A DNA stretch of 64,000 nt from Macrostomum lignano (GCA_002269645.1 NIVC01000112.1:82520-146519), one strand, 5' to 3'. Shown: positions 36,290 to 48,354, counted from the first letter of the stretch. Notes: generated from the letters alone by a model not told the origin. Numbers and translations are program-made.

Positions 36290-37640
36290 AGAAGAGAGTG
36301 AGGGATAAGGGAAGAGAGTGAGGGATAAGAGAAGAGAGTGAGGGATCAGGGAAGAGAGTGAGGGATAAGAGAAGAGAGTGAGGGATAAGAGAAGAGAGTG
36401 AGGGATAAGAGAAGAGAGTGAGGGATAAGAGAAGAGAGTGAGGGATCAGGGAAGAGAGTGAGGGATAAGGGAAGAGAGTGAGGGATAAGAGAAGAGAGTG
36501 AGGGATAAGGGAAGAGAGTGAGGGATAAGAGAAGAGAGTGAGGGATAAGGGAAGAGAGTGAGGGATAAGAGAAGAGAGTGAGGGATAAGAGAAGAGAGTG
36601 AGGGATAAGAGAAGAGAGTGAGGGATAAGGGAAGAGAGTGAGGGATAAGAGAAGAGAGTGAGGGATAAGAGAAGAGAGTGAGGGATAAGAGAAGAGAGTG
36701 AGGGATAAGAGAAGAGAGTGAGGGATAAGAGAAGAGAGTGAGGGATAAGAGAAGAGAGTGAGGGATAATGGAAGAGAGTGAGGGATAAGAGAAGAGAGTG
36801 AGGGATAATGGAAGAGAGTGAGGGATAAGAGAAGAGAGTGAGGGATAAGGGAAGAGAGTGAGGGATAAGAGAAGAGAGTGAGAGATAATGAAAGAGAGTG
36901 AGGGATAAGAGAGTGAGGGATAAGGGAAGAGAGTGAGGGATAAGAGAAGAGAGTGAGGGATAAGAGAAGAGAGTGAGGGATAAGAGAAGAGAGTGAGGGA
37001 TAAGAGAAGAGAGTGAGGGATAAGAGAAGAGAGTGAGGGATCAGGGAAGAGAGTGAGGGATAAGAGAAGAGAGTGAGGGATAAGAGAAGAGAGTGAGGGA
37101 TCAGGGAAGAGAGTGAGGGATAAGGGAAGAGAGTGAGGGATAAGAGAAGAGAGTGAGGGATAAGGGAAGAGAGTGAGGGATAAGAGAAGAGAGTGAGGGA
37201 TAAGGGAAGAGAGTGAGGGATAAGAGAAGAGAGTGAGGGATAAGAGAAGAGAGTGAGGGATAAGAGAAGAGAGTGAGGGATAAGGGAAGAGAGTGAGGGA
37301 TAAGAGAAGAGAGTGAGGGATAAGAGAAGAGAGTGAGGGATAAGAGAAGAGAGTGAGGGATAAGAGAAGAGAGTGAGGGATAAGAGAAGAAAGTGAGGGA
37401 TAAGAGAAGAGAGTGAGGGATAATTGAAGAGAGTGAGGGATAAGAGAAGAGAGTGAGGGATAATGGAAGAGAGTGAGGGATAAGAGAAGAGAGTGAGGGA
37501 TAAGGGAAGAGAGTGAGGGATAAGAGAAGAGAGTGAGAGATAATGAAAGAGAGTGAGGGATAAGAGAAGAGAGTGAGGGATAAGGGAAGAGAGTGAGGGA
37601 TAAGGGAAGAGAGTGGGGATACGGGAAGAGAGAGATGGGA
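36290..37640. repeat. 20-bp purine-rich minisatellite (~65-70 copies)
   Basis: GAGAAGAGAGTGAGGGATAA units; source of the spurious 458-aa ORF. Confidence 0.95.
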
Positions 37641-37679
37641 TCAGGGAAGATGAAGGTACGGGAAAAGAGATGATGAGAG

Positions 37680-37990
37680 AATTGCCGAGGTTTGCCCGCA
37701 ATGTTTTTTTCCTGCAGCGCACTTTGCCACGCGGCAGATTATTTCTGCATTGCCCCCATCCAATGCTTAGTAATTCTTAATAAAAGATTTACCCGATAAA
37801 AACGTTTCGATGGTAACTGCATATTAAATACATATTTTTCTTGTATTTTTTTCATTTCCATATACATAGAGGGGCGCATCTGTGAGCTATTCATTTTTTA
37901 ACTACATCTGTAGCTCAATGCGCTGCAGGAAAAAAGCATTGCTGGCAAACCTCGGCGGGCAATTCGTCTGCGGGCAAATCTCGTGTCCCC
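37680..37990. mobile_element. MITE fragment with inverted arms
   Basis: AATTGCCGAGGTTTGCCCGCAATG...CCTGCAGCGCA (37680-37721) versus TGCGCTGCAGG...GGCAAACCTCGGCGGGCAATT (37919-37964); the left terminus is missing next to the GA array. Confidence 0.6.
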
Positions 37991-38507
37991 AATAATTAGG
38001 GCTGTATGTTTGAGCTTTCGTTGCTGATTACGAAGCTGAGTTCTAAATATAAATTCTGATTACGTGATTAAATCCTTCATCTTGATTCAGCTTTGAAGTT
38101 TTCCGAGTTTTTTTTCAGTTTATTGCTATTTAAATCATCGCGACGCGCAAATAGGATTGCAGAAGATGGAGTGATATAATCTGTCTCTTAGACACGGTCT
38201 TATTGCCGAGCTTTATTTTTTCTAGACTATATTTAAATCAGAATTATGCCAAGGAAATCTATCTGAAGATTTCCAGCAACGTTTTTATTTTCATCAGTGC
38301 TTTCATAAGTGTGCTTGCTAGGATATATTTATAAATAATAAAGAGTGTACAAAGTTTTTAGATGCGTGATGATAGTTTTCACAGAAACATTTTAAAGTGC
38401 AAATATTCACGGTTCAAGAAAAAATTGCCAGGAGGCTTCAGTGTCATGTGACTTAAGTGAAATTGTCAAATAGTCACGGTTATATAAGGTCATAGATATC
38501 GCAGGGT

Positions 38508-40961
38508 TCACAGAGTCTCCGTGTGCAGTTCATAGCAGTCGGTCAACTCCTCGTTGGCATCCGCTGCCGCTGCCATCCCCTCGTCGTAGTCGCCTGTTGC
38601 AACCGTTGCGGAACCTCTGGCTGAGCCGAAGCAGCCATTGACATAAGTTCGGAAGGACCTGTCAGTGATGTAGAATACCCAGAAGTTGATAGACGCGCTA
38701 AGCGGTACCAGCACGTACTCTGTGGCGTACTGAGCCACCGTCAGCTGCCCGATGCGGCTCCAGTGGGTTCGAAATGCCGGATCTACTTCGTCGTACAGGC
38801 CGTTGGACAGTTTAACTATGAGACGGTCCGCGTGAGCCGTCATGAACATTGTGTAGATCACAGGCGCTGGAGCTGTAAGCACCAGGTAGGCAAGCGCGAG
38901 ACCCAACTGACCAATTGCTCTGCTTAGCTGGCCATCCTGCTGATGCTGTTGCTGTTGCATTGGCGATGCAGGCACCGCTGGTTCCTCCATCTGCTGCTGC
39001 ATTCCGTGCTCTTCGTTGCGCAAACTCTGATAAGCGCCTTTCTTGAATAGCAACCAACAGGTTGCCAGGCTGAGAGCGCAGACCAAACTGTAAGGCAGGA
39101 GGCTTCTGGCCAGAGCGTTTAACACCGGCTTTACCAGCGTTACAAATGCTAAATTGGTGCGAAAGTTTTGCAGCCTGACGTACTGGACGCACTGGCGGCC
39201 AACTGTTGACTTAGCCGGTGCAGCGATTTCGTCTCCGATGATCAGCATGCAGTTAAATATGCAGGCAAAGCAGAATGCGCACAATGACAGAATGGCCAGT
39301 TGCCTGAATGGCAGCTCTTTGCGTGCGCCTGTTGATGAAGTCTGTCTGAAGAGCGAGTGGACGGCTAGGAAACGTTCTATGCTGAGGATTACCACCGTGA
39401 ATGCGCTAGATTCAACTGTTAGGTTTAGTAAATAGACTTGAAATTTGCACCAGATATCTGTTGCTCCATTAGGCTTCAATTCTTGATCGTGCTCCATGTA
39501 CTTGTCGGTGAATAAAACCAAGTTCGATGCGATAAGTATGCTAGTGTCAAAGCAGGCCAGCAATACTATTAAAAAATTGCGACCAACCTTTCGTACCTGC
39601 GTATGTCTGGCGTAATACAATATGATGACGAAGTTGAGGCTGGAGCCAACCACGGCCAGCATTGGGAGGACAAACTTCATGATTGATTTCGCCTGCAGGA
39701 TGGCTGGTATGCGGTTTGAGTACTGCTGAAAGGCCGAGTACTCGCGAGATATCTTCCTCCGCAGCTGATGCCAGAGGTCGGTCAGAATGCTGTAGCATCT
39801 GCCGCCAGTGACCGTCGCCTGATTGCAAGTAGCCAACAGCTGCCTTAGCTGCGTCATCTCGCCCGTCTCCAGGTGCCTAGCTAAGTCTTTGTCAATATCT
39901 TCTTGCAATACGCGGCAATAGAATGCTAGTAGACTCGCCCGCTGCTCATTAGTGAGATCGGGTTCGGAAATCTTGTTATCAGTGCAGCATTGAGACCAGT
40001 GCTCCTGATAGTGCTGCATAAAAAGCAGCACGTGGGCCAGCACTTGTCGCCCTAGGCTGGCCACGGCATGGCTAATGTTGTTAGCTCGACTGGTCAGCTG
40101 CTCTGTCGACATCGGGCCTGTGCGATTCTGACAGCCCGCTGGCGAGTCTGCTATCGATTGGGAATAGTTAGCTATCAGCGCTGGCATTGTGTCCCAGACT
40201 AGGCCAGACAGGAGGTTGTATTCGCTTGTTATCGACACTAGTTGTATGACTGCGTCGTCTGCAATTGAAGTGTTCGTTGAGTCTGATAGGTTTCTTGACA
40301 ATGGTTCGTCTTCGTAAAGCATCGCGTCCACTTGACGGCTGGTTGCATTGATTATTTGGACTGTCGAATCCAACAGCTGACGGGTGACGTTGGCCAGAGC
40401 TGAGGGACAGGCGGTATAGCCGCTGTAGGCCAGTCGAAGCAGCTCGTCATATTGTTTACGATCGGCTGATAAATAGCCCGGCACCTCAGCGCCTGCCGGA
40501 TTGTGCAGCTGGCCAGACCGACTCGACATAAAGTCTAGAAAGGTGACAGCGTCCGACCAGTGCCTGGGATTGCGCTTGTACCACTCGGCTTGAAGCTCCT
40601 TGTCTCCATTCCAGCTGAGGTGTCTATAGACTCGGTGGTACCTTTCTAGGCTGCGCAGAAGCTCAGTGGACTCTTCTAGCGCCTGGTCCCAGTTCCACCG
40701 GTTGTAGTAGGTGGACGAGCCCACGCTGTACGTGCCGCCGAGTCTGGTTACTAAGCGCCAACTGGTGCCAAAGAAGTGCAAAAATCCTGTGTACCTCACA
40801 GCTAAGGAGTTCCATTCGTGTCGCCTGTAGTGAAAATCTTGCGCTACTACCTGGTAGATGTCTTGCAGGATTCGCTCTTGTTTGGCCGTGAAATTTCCTT
40901 GCGCCGATTTTGCTAGGAGCAGTATGCTCAGGTAGGACAGGAGAACACTTGGTAGCTTCAT
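38508..40961 (-). CDS. Rhodopsin-family (peptide-receptor-like) GPCR with a large N-terminal ectodomain, 817 aa, intronless
   Basis: ATG at 40961; signal peptide MKLPSVLLSYLSILLLAKSAQG; ~430-aa N-glycosylation-rich ectodomain; 7TM motifs GSSLN (TM1), LACFD (TM2), WCKF...SIERFLAV (TM3), LTAP (TM6), INFWVFY (TM7). Confidence 0.88.
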   Translation of the reverse strand: MKLPSVLLSYLSILLLAKSAQGNFTAKQERILQDIYQVVAQDFHYRRHEWNSLAVRYTGFLHFFGTSWRLVTRLGGTYSVGSSTYYNRWNWDQALEESTELLRSLERYHRVYRHLSWNGDKELQAEWYKRNPRHWSDAVTFLDFMSSRSGQLHNPAGAEVPGYLSADRKQYDELLRLAYSGYTACPSALANVTRQLLDSTVQIINATSRQVDAMLYEDEPLSRNLSDSTNTSIADDAVIQLVSITSEYNLLSGLVWDTMPALIANYSQSIADSPAGCQNRTGPMSTEQLTSRANNISHAVASLGRQVLAHVLLFMQHYQEHWSQCCTDNKISEPDLTNEQRASLLAFYCRVLQEDIDKDLARHLETGEMTQLRQLLATCNQATVTGGRCYSILTDLWHQLRRKISREYSAFQQYSNRIPAILQAKSIMKFVLPMLAVVGSSLNFVIILYYARHTQVRKVGRNFLIVLLACFDTSILIASNLVLFTDKYMEHDQELKPNGATDIWCKFQVYLLNLTVESSAFTVVILSIERFLAVHSLFRQTSSTGARKELPFRQLAILSLCAFCFACIFNCMLIIGDEIAAPAKSTVGRQCVQYVRLQNFRTNLAFVTLVKPVLNALARSLLPYSLVCALSLATCWLLFKKGAYQSLRNEEHGMQQQMEEPAVPASPMQQQQHQQDGQLSRAIGQLGLALAYLVLTAPAPVIYTMFMTAHADRLIVKLSNGLYDEVDPAFRTHWSRIGQLTVAQYATEYVLVPLSASINFWVFYITDRSFRTYVNGCFGSARGSATVATGDYDEGMAAAADANEELTDCYELHTETL

Positions 40962-42234
40962 CGTTTGCAAGCAATCGATCGGGTATCGCTGGCTAACAGC
41001 GGAGCTTTGACTTCGATACAGTTATCCGGTGCGTCACAAATCTCTTTTTCGTTCCTCTTATCTCTTATCCATTTGCCTATCCGCCACTGTTTTTCTTTTT
41101 TGGCTTTCTCTGCTGCCCCCGTGAATCGCCCAATTGGAGAGCTCCGTGGCCAGGAGGGCCCGTCGCGCTCTTGCAAAAAAGGTTGAGCGAGGCTTCTAGG
41201 GGCAGCAGATATAAAGGTTGAGATAGAGGAGGCACTGGAAACTGATAAGTTAGGCGTCTCAATTCGACCCGAGCTAGCTCCCTTCCCCCCGAGGGAAAGA
41301 GACTGGGAGCAGAGAGGACTGAGTAGGCGATGATGAGCCTGGCTGCCTGCCTCATCTTCTCATCCTCCGGGGCTCCTCTTAACCGTGAATAATAAGCCGA
41401 GCTTATCCGCCCCAAGTTGGCCTCCCTATCCCGCTCTGATTGACGTCTCTTCCACCCACTCGTCAAGGACTTCAGGTCTGCCAGTCCTCCAGGGGCAGCT
41501 GAGGGCAAGAAGTCACAGTTTGAGCTGCATTGTTGAGAGAGGAGCCTCATTGATTAATATGCATTGTTATAAATAGTGTGCATATATAGAGCTGATCCTT
41601 CACTCGTGTCATTCACCTCGGTGAAACGCTGAACACTGTCATGCATTTTAGTAATAATCCTGCTAATTAGCAGTCTCTGTTGCCAGGTGCAGATAATTGG
41701 GCTCCCGGAGTTGACGTTAATCTGCTTTCTCTCTCTTCATCTCTTCTCTAATCTCCTTGTCTTTTTTACTTTGATGACTCAAATGAATCTAACGATCGGG
41801 TCTTTTCTTCATTGCATGCATTTCTACAAAGGCTTCTGTTGATGAATTTTTTAGGCGGTTTTTAGACTTAAGGATGAAAAAGTTGAGAACGGTGCTATGG
41901 TCGAGGACTTAATTAGGATAATTCTTAAATGAATGTCTTTGAATCTTAAAACCGCAACTATCCATTTTTAATGGGACGTGGTACGTGGGATCCGTACCAC
42001 TGTTTAACAGCTACAGGTTGACATTTTTACCTGGTGTACATCAATGCCACTAACTTCCCCAAAAACCTTATTCATTTTTTCCAGATCTGTTTCTGCATTG
42101 TTCTGTCTGTAAAGCATTGCGACATAAAGCCACATTGTGTTTTTTGAGATACCTTTGCCGTGCTGGGCATTTAGGTCGGCCAAGTTACAGCGGCCCAACC
42201 CTCAGGTTGAGGCCAACAACAGAGCAGCCAACCG

Positions 42235-44730
42235 ATGGAGCGCGCTCTCAGCCTCAACCTGTTAAACGCGGCCGGTGTGGTGTACTTTTTCGGCGTCACT
42301 GCTGCCTGCTTCTTCACCGCAGATCTGCTGGTGCTGCCGAGACTGTCAGCGGATGGGGATCTGGCGAGTCCGGGCTGCGTGCGGCTCCTGCTGTACTGTG
42401 TCATTGCCGAGGTAAAAATATCTTATCTAGACACCTGAGCTTCCACTCTTTCGGAACTGTAAAATAAGACCATGAAAAATGAATAATTGCTCTAAAATGA
42501 TTTTATTTCTAAGAAACGGCCTGATTACTTTTCTCGAAGTAGCTATAAAAAGTTTCTAAAAGTCGATCTTATTCGCTTCAAAAAATCTCTGATTCGATTC
42601 TAAGAATTTCCCGATCTGATTTGTTTCGATTTCTTAGAATCACCTGGATTCGTTCACGAGAATCTGTTAGATTCGTTTCGTAGTTACAGTTCAACTTGAT
42701 TCAAGAAAATCATCAAATAATTTTAAGCAAAAACCTGAAGTACACTTACTGAGAATAGTGATTTTTGCTTCTAAGAATCGTCAGGTTAGTTTCCAAGAAT
42801 CGTCAGGTTAGTTTCCAAGAATCGTCAGGTTAGTTTCCAAGAATCGTCAGGTTAGTTTCCAAGAATCGTCAGGTTAGTTTCCAAGAATCGTCAGGTTAGT
42901 TTCTAAGAATCGTCTGGTTAGTTTCCAAGAATCGTCAGGTTAGTTTCTAAGAATCGTCAGGTTAGTTTCCAAGAATCGTCAGGTTAGTTTCCAAGAATCG
43001 TCAGGTTAGTTTCCAAGAATCGTCAGGTTAGTTTCCAAGAATCGTCAGGTTAGTTTCTAAGAATCGTCTGGTTAGTTTCCAAGAATCGTCTGGTTAGTTT
43101 CCAAGAATCGTCAGGTTAGTTTCTAGGAATTATGTGGTTAGTTTCTAGGAATTATGTGGTTAGTTTCTAGGAATTATTTGGTTAGTTTCTAGGAATTATG
43201 TGGTTAGTTTCTAAGAATAGCAAGGTTGGTTTCAAAGATTCGTCGGGTTAGTTTCCAAGAATCGTCAGTTTAGTTTTTAAGAATCATCAGGTTAAGAATC
43301 GTCAAGAATCGTCAGGTTAGTTTCTAAGAATCGTCTGGTTAGTTTCTAAGAATCGACAGGTTAGTTTCTAAGAATCGTCTGGTTAGTTTCCAATAATCGT
43401 CAGGTTAGTTTCCAAGAATCGTCAGGTTAGTTTCCAAGAATCGTCTGGTTAGTTTCCAAGAATCGTCAGGTTAGTTTCTAAGAATCGTCTGGTTAGTTTC
43501 CAAGAATCGTCAGGTTAGTTTCCAAGAATCGTCAGGTTAGTTTCCAAGAATCGTCAGTTTAGTTTTTAAGAATCATCAGGTTAAGAATCGTCAAGAATCG
43601 TCAGGTTAGTTTCTAAGAATCGTCTGGTTAGTTTCTAAGAATCGACAGGTTAGTTTCTAAGAATCGTCTGGTTAGTTTCCAATAATCGTCAGGTTAGTTT
43701 CCAAGAATCGTCAGGTTAGTTTCCAAGAATCGTCTGGTTAGTTTCCAAGAATCGTCAGGTTAGTTTCCAAGAATCGTCAGGTTAGTTTCCAAGAATCGTC
43801 AGGTTAGTTTCCAAGAATCGTCAGGTTAGTTTCTAATAATCGTCAGGTTAGTTTTTAATAATTGTCAGGTTAGTTTCTAAGAATCGTCTGGTTAGTTTCC
43901 AAGAATCGTCAGGTTAGTTTCTAATAATCGTCAGGTTAGTTTCTAATAATCGTCAGGTTAGTTTCTAAGAATCATCAGTTTAGTTTCCAAGAAATGTCCC
44001 AGGCGTCATAACCGGCAAAACCGCCTACCCGCAGGTTCTGGCCAACTATTTCGCTGTGCTGCGCACATCCCGCCGCAACAGCGCCACCAGCACGGCCTTC
44101 GCTCGCACTCCGGCGTCAACTAACGGGTCCTCAACCGTTCTGGGCTACTCCGGATTGGCCAACGCGGAGTTCTGCCTGCACTGCCGGGCCAAGAGGCCAC
44201 CCGGCGCGCACCACTGCCCACTCTGCCGCGTGTGTGTCCTCGGCCACGACCACCACTGCTTCTTCACCGCCTGCTGCATCGGCCGGTGCAACCGCCGGCA
44301 TTTCCTCCCCCTGATGCTCCATGTGTTGCTGGGCAGCAGCCTGTGCGTCTGTCTGCAGTACCTGTACCTGGCCAGGGTGTTCCAGCCAGCCCTGTCCGTG
44401 AATATCTGGATGTACTTTTATCCCATTACTGTCGTTCTGTACGCTACCGGCAACGCCGACGCTTCAGTGGTTGCCATGGTGACGCTGTTATTCGCTACGC
44501 TATTCGGCGTTTTGGCGAGCTTTTATTTTTTCTTCTTCCAACTGCTGCTGGTCTGCCGCGGCCAGACGCCACACGAGTTCGCCGAGGTGTCGGCGCAGAA
44601 GATGTCGCTGGGCAGCTGCAGGCGAAACTGCGCCAGGGTGTTCGGCCGCTGCGGCCTGCTGCAGTTTCTGTGGCCCTGCCCGGCCCTGCCAATGCCCGAG
44701 GACTTCGCCAGGCCGGCCAAGACTGCCTGA
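42235..44730 (+). CDS. DHHC palmitoyltransferase (ZDHHC22/24-like), 2 exons
   Basis: Exons 42235-42411 (donor GTAAAA) and 44035-44730 (acceptor CCGCAG), phase 0. DHHC-CRD: CLHCRAKRPPGAHHCPLCRVCVLGHDHHCFFTACCIGRCNRRHF, followed by TM helices. Confidence 0.9.
42775..43990. repeat. 22-bp minisatellite in the DHHC intron
   Basis: AAGAATCGTCAGGTTAGTTTC(C/T) units; a ~289-bp higher-order duplication (blocks starting 43268 and 43557). Confidence 0.95.
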
Positions 44731-44879
44731 AGAGTGTCTTTGATTTCGATACATATCGGCACAGTTGCTTCAGTTGAGTCACCAGCTGACTGACTGGGTT
44801 TTCATTCTCTGATTCTCCTCGTTCCCGGAATTCTCCTGTTGTTTCGTTACATTGTATCTAAATTCCCCGCTCTCATTAC

Positions 44880-45335
44880 CCTGGCCTAATTACCCTCTAT
44901 CATTCCACTAGCCTGATTCCCCTCTCTCTCATTCCCCTACCCTAATTCCCCTCCCTCATTCTCCCAGCCTGATTCCCCTCTGTCATTCCCCTAGCCTGAG
45001 TTCCCTCTCTTATTCCCCTAGCCTGATTTCCCTCTCTCATTCCCCTAGCCTGATTTCCCTCTCTCATTCCCCTAGCCTGATTTCCCTCTCTCATTCCCCT
45101 AGCCTGATTTCCCTCTCTCATTCCCCTAGCCTGATTTCCCTCTCTCACTCCCCTAGCCTGATTTCCCTCTCTCATTCCCCTAGCCTGATTTCCCTCTCTC
45201 ATTCCCCTAGCCTGATTTCCCTCTCTCATTCCCCTAGCCTGATTTCCCTCTCTCATTCCCCTAGCCTGAGTTCCATCTCTTATTCCCCTACCCTATTTAC
45301 CCCTATCATTAATTCCCCTCTCTCATTCCCCTAAC
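44880..45335. repeat. 27-bp pyrimidine-rich minisatellite
   Basis: CCTAGCCTGATTTCCCTCTCTCATTCC units downstream of the DHHC stop. Confidence 0.9.
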
Positions 45336-45889
45336 TGAATTATTTCTTCATCCGCCCTCTTTAATTCCCCTCTCGTAATCTCTCTCGCTATTTCCGAATT
45401 CTCTCCTAATTCCCTATTTACCATACTTCTAACTTCCTTCAATACGCAACGATAGCCGGACATTATCAATTGGAAGTCATGCACACTGCCTAGTCAATAA
45501 CTCAGTCAGCTATGCTCGCATGTGATTCATTAGGTCTACCTGTCAATCTATTTTATACAAGCAGGGCCTTCGTAATTTCTTTCTCATCACTAAATCGAAT
45601 GAGCTCAGTGCACGAACAGATATTGCCACTCAGTAATTGTTCGAGACACACATTGTCTTATTTGTATGCGCCAGACATTCTGTACTTTTCCAGCTTATCT
45701 AACACGTTTTCAGCTTCAAATTCTGTTGTGCTCAGAGATTTTTTGCCTGTCTGCGGTATCTTTCGAATGCCCTCTCCTATCGAAATTTTAATTGACATAA
45801 GTTTATATAAGTGCTGCGCTTAGATCCATGCGTCTCAACTCACTTCGAAAGCGTTTTTAAGTAAGTTCTGCAGCAACTTTGTGTGAACA

Positions 45890-46660
45890 CAATGATGCGG
45901 TCCAGTTCAATTGATAATGGCTGCAATGATGCGGTCCAGTTCAACTGATAATGGCTGCAATGATGCGGTCCAGTTCAGTTGATAATGGCTGCAATGATGC
46001 GGTCCAGTTCGATTGATAATTGCTGCAATGATGCGGTCCAGTTCGATTGATAATGGCTGCAATGATGCGGTCCAGTTCGATTGATAATTGCTGCAATGAT
46101 GCGGTCCAGTTCAGTTGATAATGGCTGCAATGATGCGGTCCAGTTCGATTGATAATGGCTGCAATGATGCGGTCCAGTTCGATTGATAATGGCTGCAATG
46201 ATGCGGTCCAGTTCGATTGATAATGGCTGCAATGATGCGGTCCAGTTCGATTGATAATGGCTGCAATGATGCGGTCCAGTTCAATTGATAATGGCTGCAA
46301 TGATGCGGTCCAGTTCAGTTGATAATGGCTGCAATGATGCGGTCCAGTTCATTTGATAATGGCTGCAATGATGCGGTCCAGTTCAACTGATGATGGCTGC
46401 AATGATGCGGTCCAGTTCAATTGATAATGGCTGCAATGATGCGGTCCAGTTCGATTGATGATGGCTGCAATGATGCGGTCCAGTTCAACTGATGATGGCT
46501 GCAATGATGCGGTCCAGTTCAATTGATAATGGCTGCAATGATGCGGTCCAGTTCAATTGATAATGGCTGCATTGATGCGGTCCAGTTCAACTGATGATGG
46601 CTGCAATGATGCGGTCCAGTTCAGTTGATAATGGCTGCAATGATGCGGTCCAGTTCAACT
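45890..46660. repeat. 34-bp minisatellite A
   Basis: ATGATGCGGTCCAGTTC(G/A)ATTGATAATGGCTGCA units. Confidence 0.95.
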
Positions 46661-47221
46661 GCTGTTACTTTTCTAGACAAATAACTTGTTACAACATGTA
46701 CTTTTGTAATGTATTTTTTGTTTAAATTTCAGGTTCCGGCAAATCTTGGCCATGATAGCGCACCATTCCAGAGCTAGCTGAACTGTGAATGCATTAGAAA
46801 GTACAGTAAAATATGTTTATTAGAATTATTTATTTAAATTGTTTTGCTTGTCCTATCTTATTTATTGGTAAGCGTCAATTTACTTGTCATTCAAATGTAC
46901 TAGTTTTGGTGTACTTTATTATCTATCTATTATTAGATATTATTGCTCACCGTTTCTTTCTTACTGCTCACGATATTTTTGATTGTAAAGAATTAGAAAC
47001 CCCATTAATATTGTATAGCTCTGTTCACCTTACACGTGTTCTTGTGTTTTATGATGATGATTATAAATTTAATGCAATAAAAAGTATACAAATGTATGCG
47101 TAGATTGGTTATAATCACAGTGTCTATTTCGGTGAAGTCTGTCTCTGGTGTCACAACTAAACATGTTATGGTCAGAAATTTTGACTTTGATATTGTCTGA
47201 TCTTTTGCATAAATTTAGGGG

Positions 47222-47510
47222 CAATGATGCGGTCCAGTTTCCGTTAATATAGACACAATGATGCGGTCCAGTTTTCGTCAATACAGACACAATGATGCGG
47301 TCCAGTTTCCGTCAATACAGACACAATGATGCGGTCCAGTTTCCGTCAATACAGACACAATGATGCGGTCCAGTTTCCGTCAATACAGACACAATGATGC
47401 GGTCCAGTTTCGGTTAATACAGACACAATGATGCCGTCCAGTTTCCGTCAATACAGACACAATGATGCGGTCCAGTTTCGGTTAATACAGACACAATGAT
47501 GCGGTCCAGT
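47222..47510. repeat. 34-bp minisatellite B (sibling of A)
   Basis: ACACAATGATGCGGTCCAGTTTCCGTCAATACAG; shares the core CAATGATGCGGTCCAGTT with array A. Confidence 0.9.
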
Positions 47511-48354
47511 TTTAGTTTCAATTTTTATGCATCTTAAGCAACTCGAGTTCGAGATTAGGCTAATCCTGAGTCGTAGCACGAGTTGGTTTTGTAGGCTCTT
47601 TTTCGACTACTAATAAAATGGATGGACTGGAGTCTCCCTTGGCTCTAATGATGCTCGAGATTCGATATCGAATCCAAACGTAATTAAATAAAGCTTTCGA
47701 GGTTCTCTATTAGTGTGGCAATGGGAGAGCCTGCGGAGAGCTGGCATAATGTAGAGTGCGGGCCCTTCAATCATTGCTGCATTCAGGCATTCGATTGCTT
47801 TTTCATACAAGAAAGCGCGCAACACGTTTAACTGAGAATTCTAATAATTATATTTATATATCGTGTATGAACCGAATTCTATATTTAATTTTCTTAATCA
47901 ATTAGATTCCTATACTCTTCACATTAAGAGGTCGCAGTCAGTTGAAAAAGTAGCAAATTAAAAGTTCTGCCAAGATCAATTCACAGAATTATTTCTGAAA
48001 CCAATAGTAAGACAAGATTTTGGATTGATGGAGCTTTTTGGAGAATTAAAGTGATTCTGGATTGCCTGGAAACATTCATTCAGATGCATCCTTAAGATAG
48101 CGTTTTTTACTATATCTACATTTAGGTAACAAGGACCACTATAATATAACTGGCCCTAAAACTCATAGATCGTCTAATTTTTTTGGAGGCCGATTTCCTA
48201 GAAAAAGTTTATACTTTGCCGAGATAGGAAAATCCTCTTTTCATCATAAAATCAGTGATTGTATTTGATCTGGGGGCAGTGAAGATTACCAGTCTTAACG
48301 TGGCTCTTGTGTTTTATATAATAATAAATAATAGTAACTGACTACATCGGCGCT

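Noticed and set aside
36346-37722. 458-aa ORF (LSLTLFSYPSLSSLIPHSL repeats) and the similar repetitive ORFs at 6165-6779, 7219-7848, 8961-10361, 16911-17519, 44942-45256 and 45941-46300
   Set aside because: They are read-throughs of minisatellites lacking stop codons, with no homologous motifs or splice context.
45512-45860. Possible decayed transposase fragments (also ~15550-15850, 21530-22100, 24380-24620)
   Set aside because: Multiple stops and no motif I can identify with confidence; a tBLASTn against Repbase would be needed.
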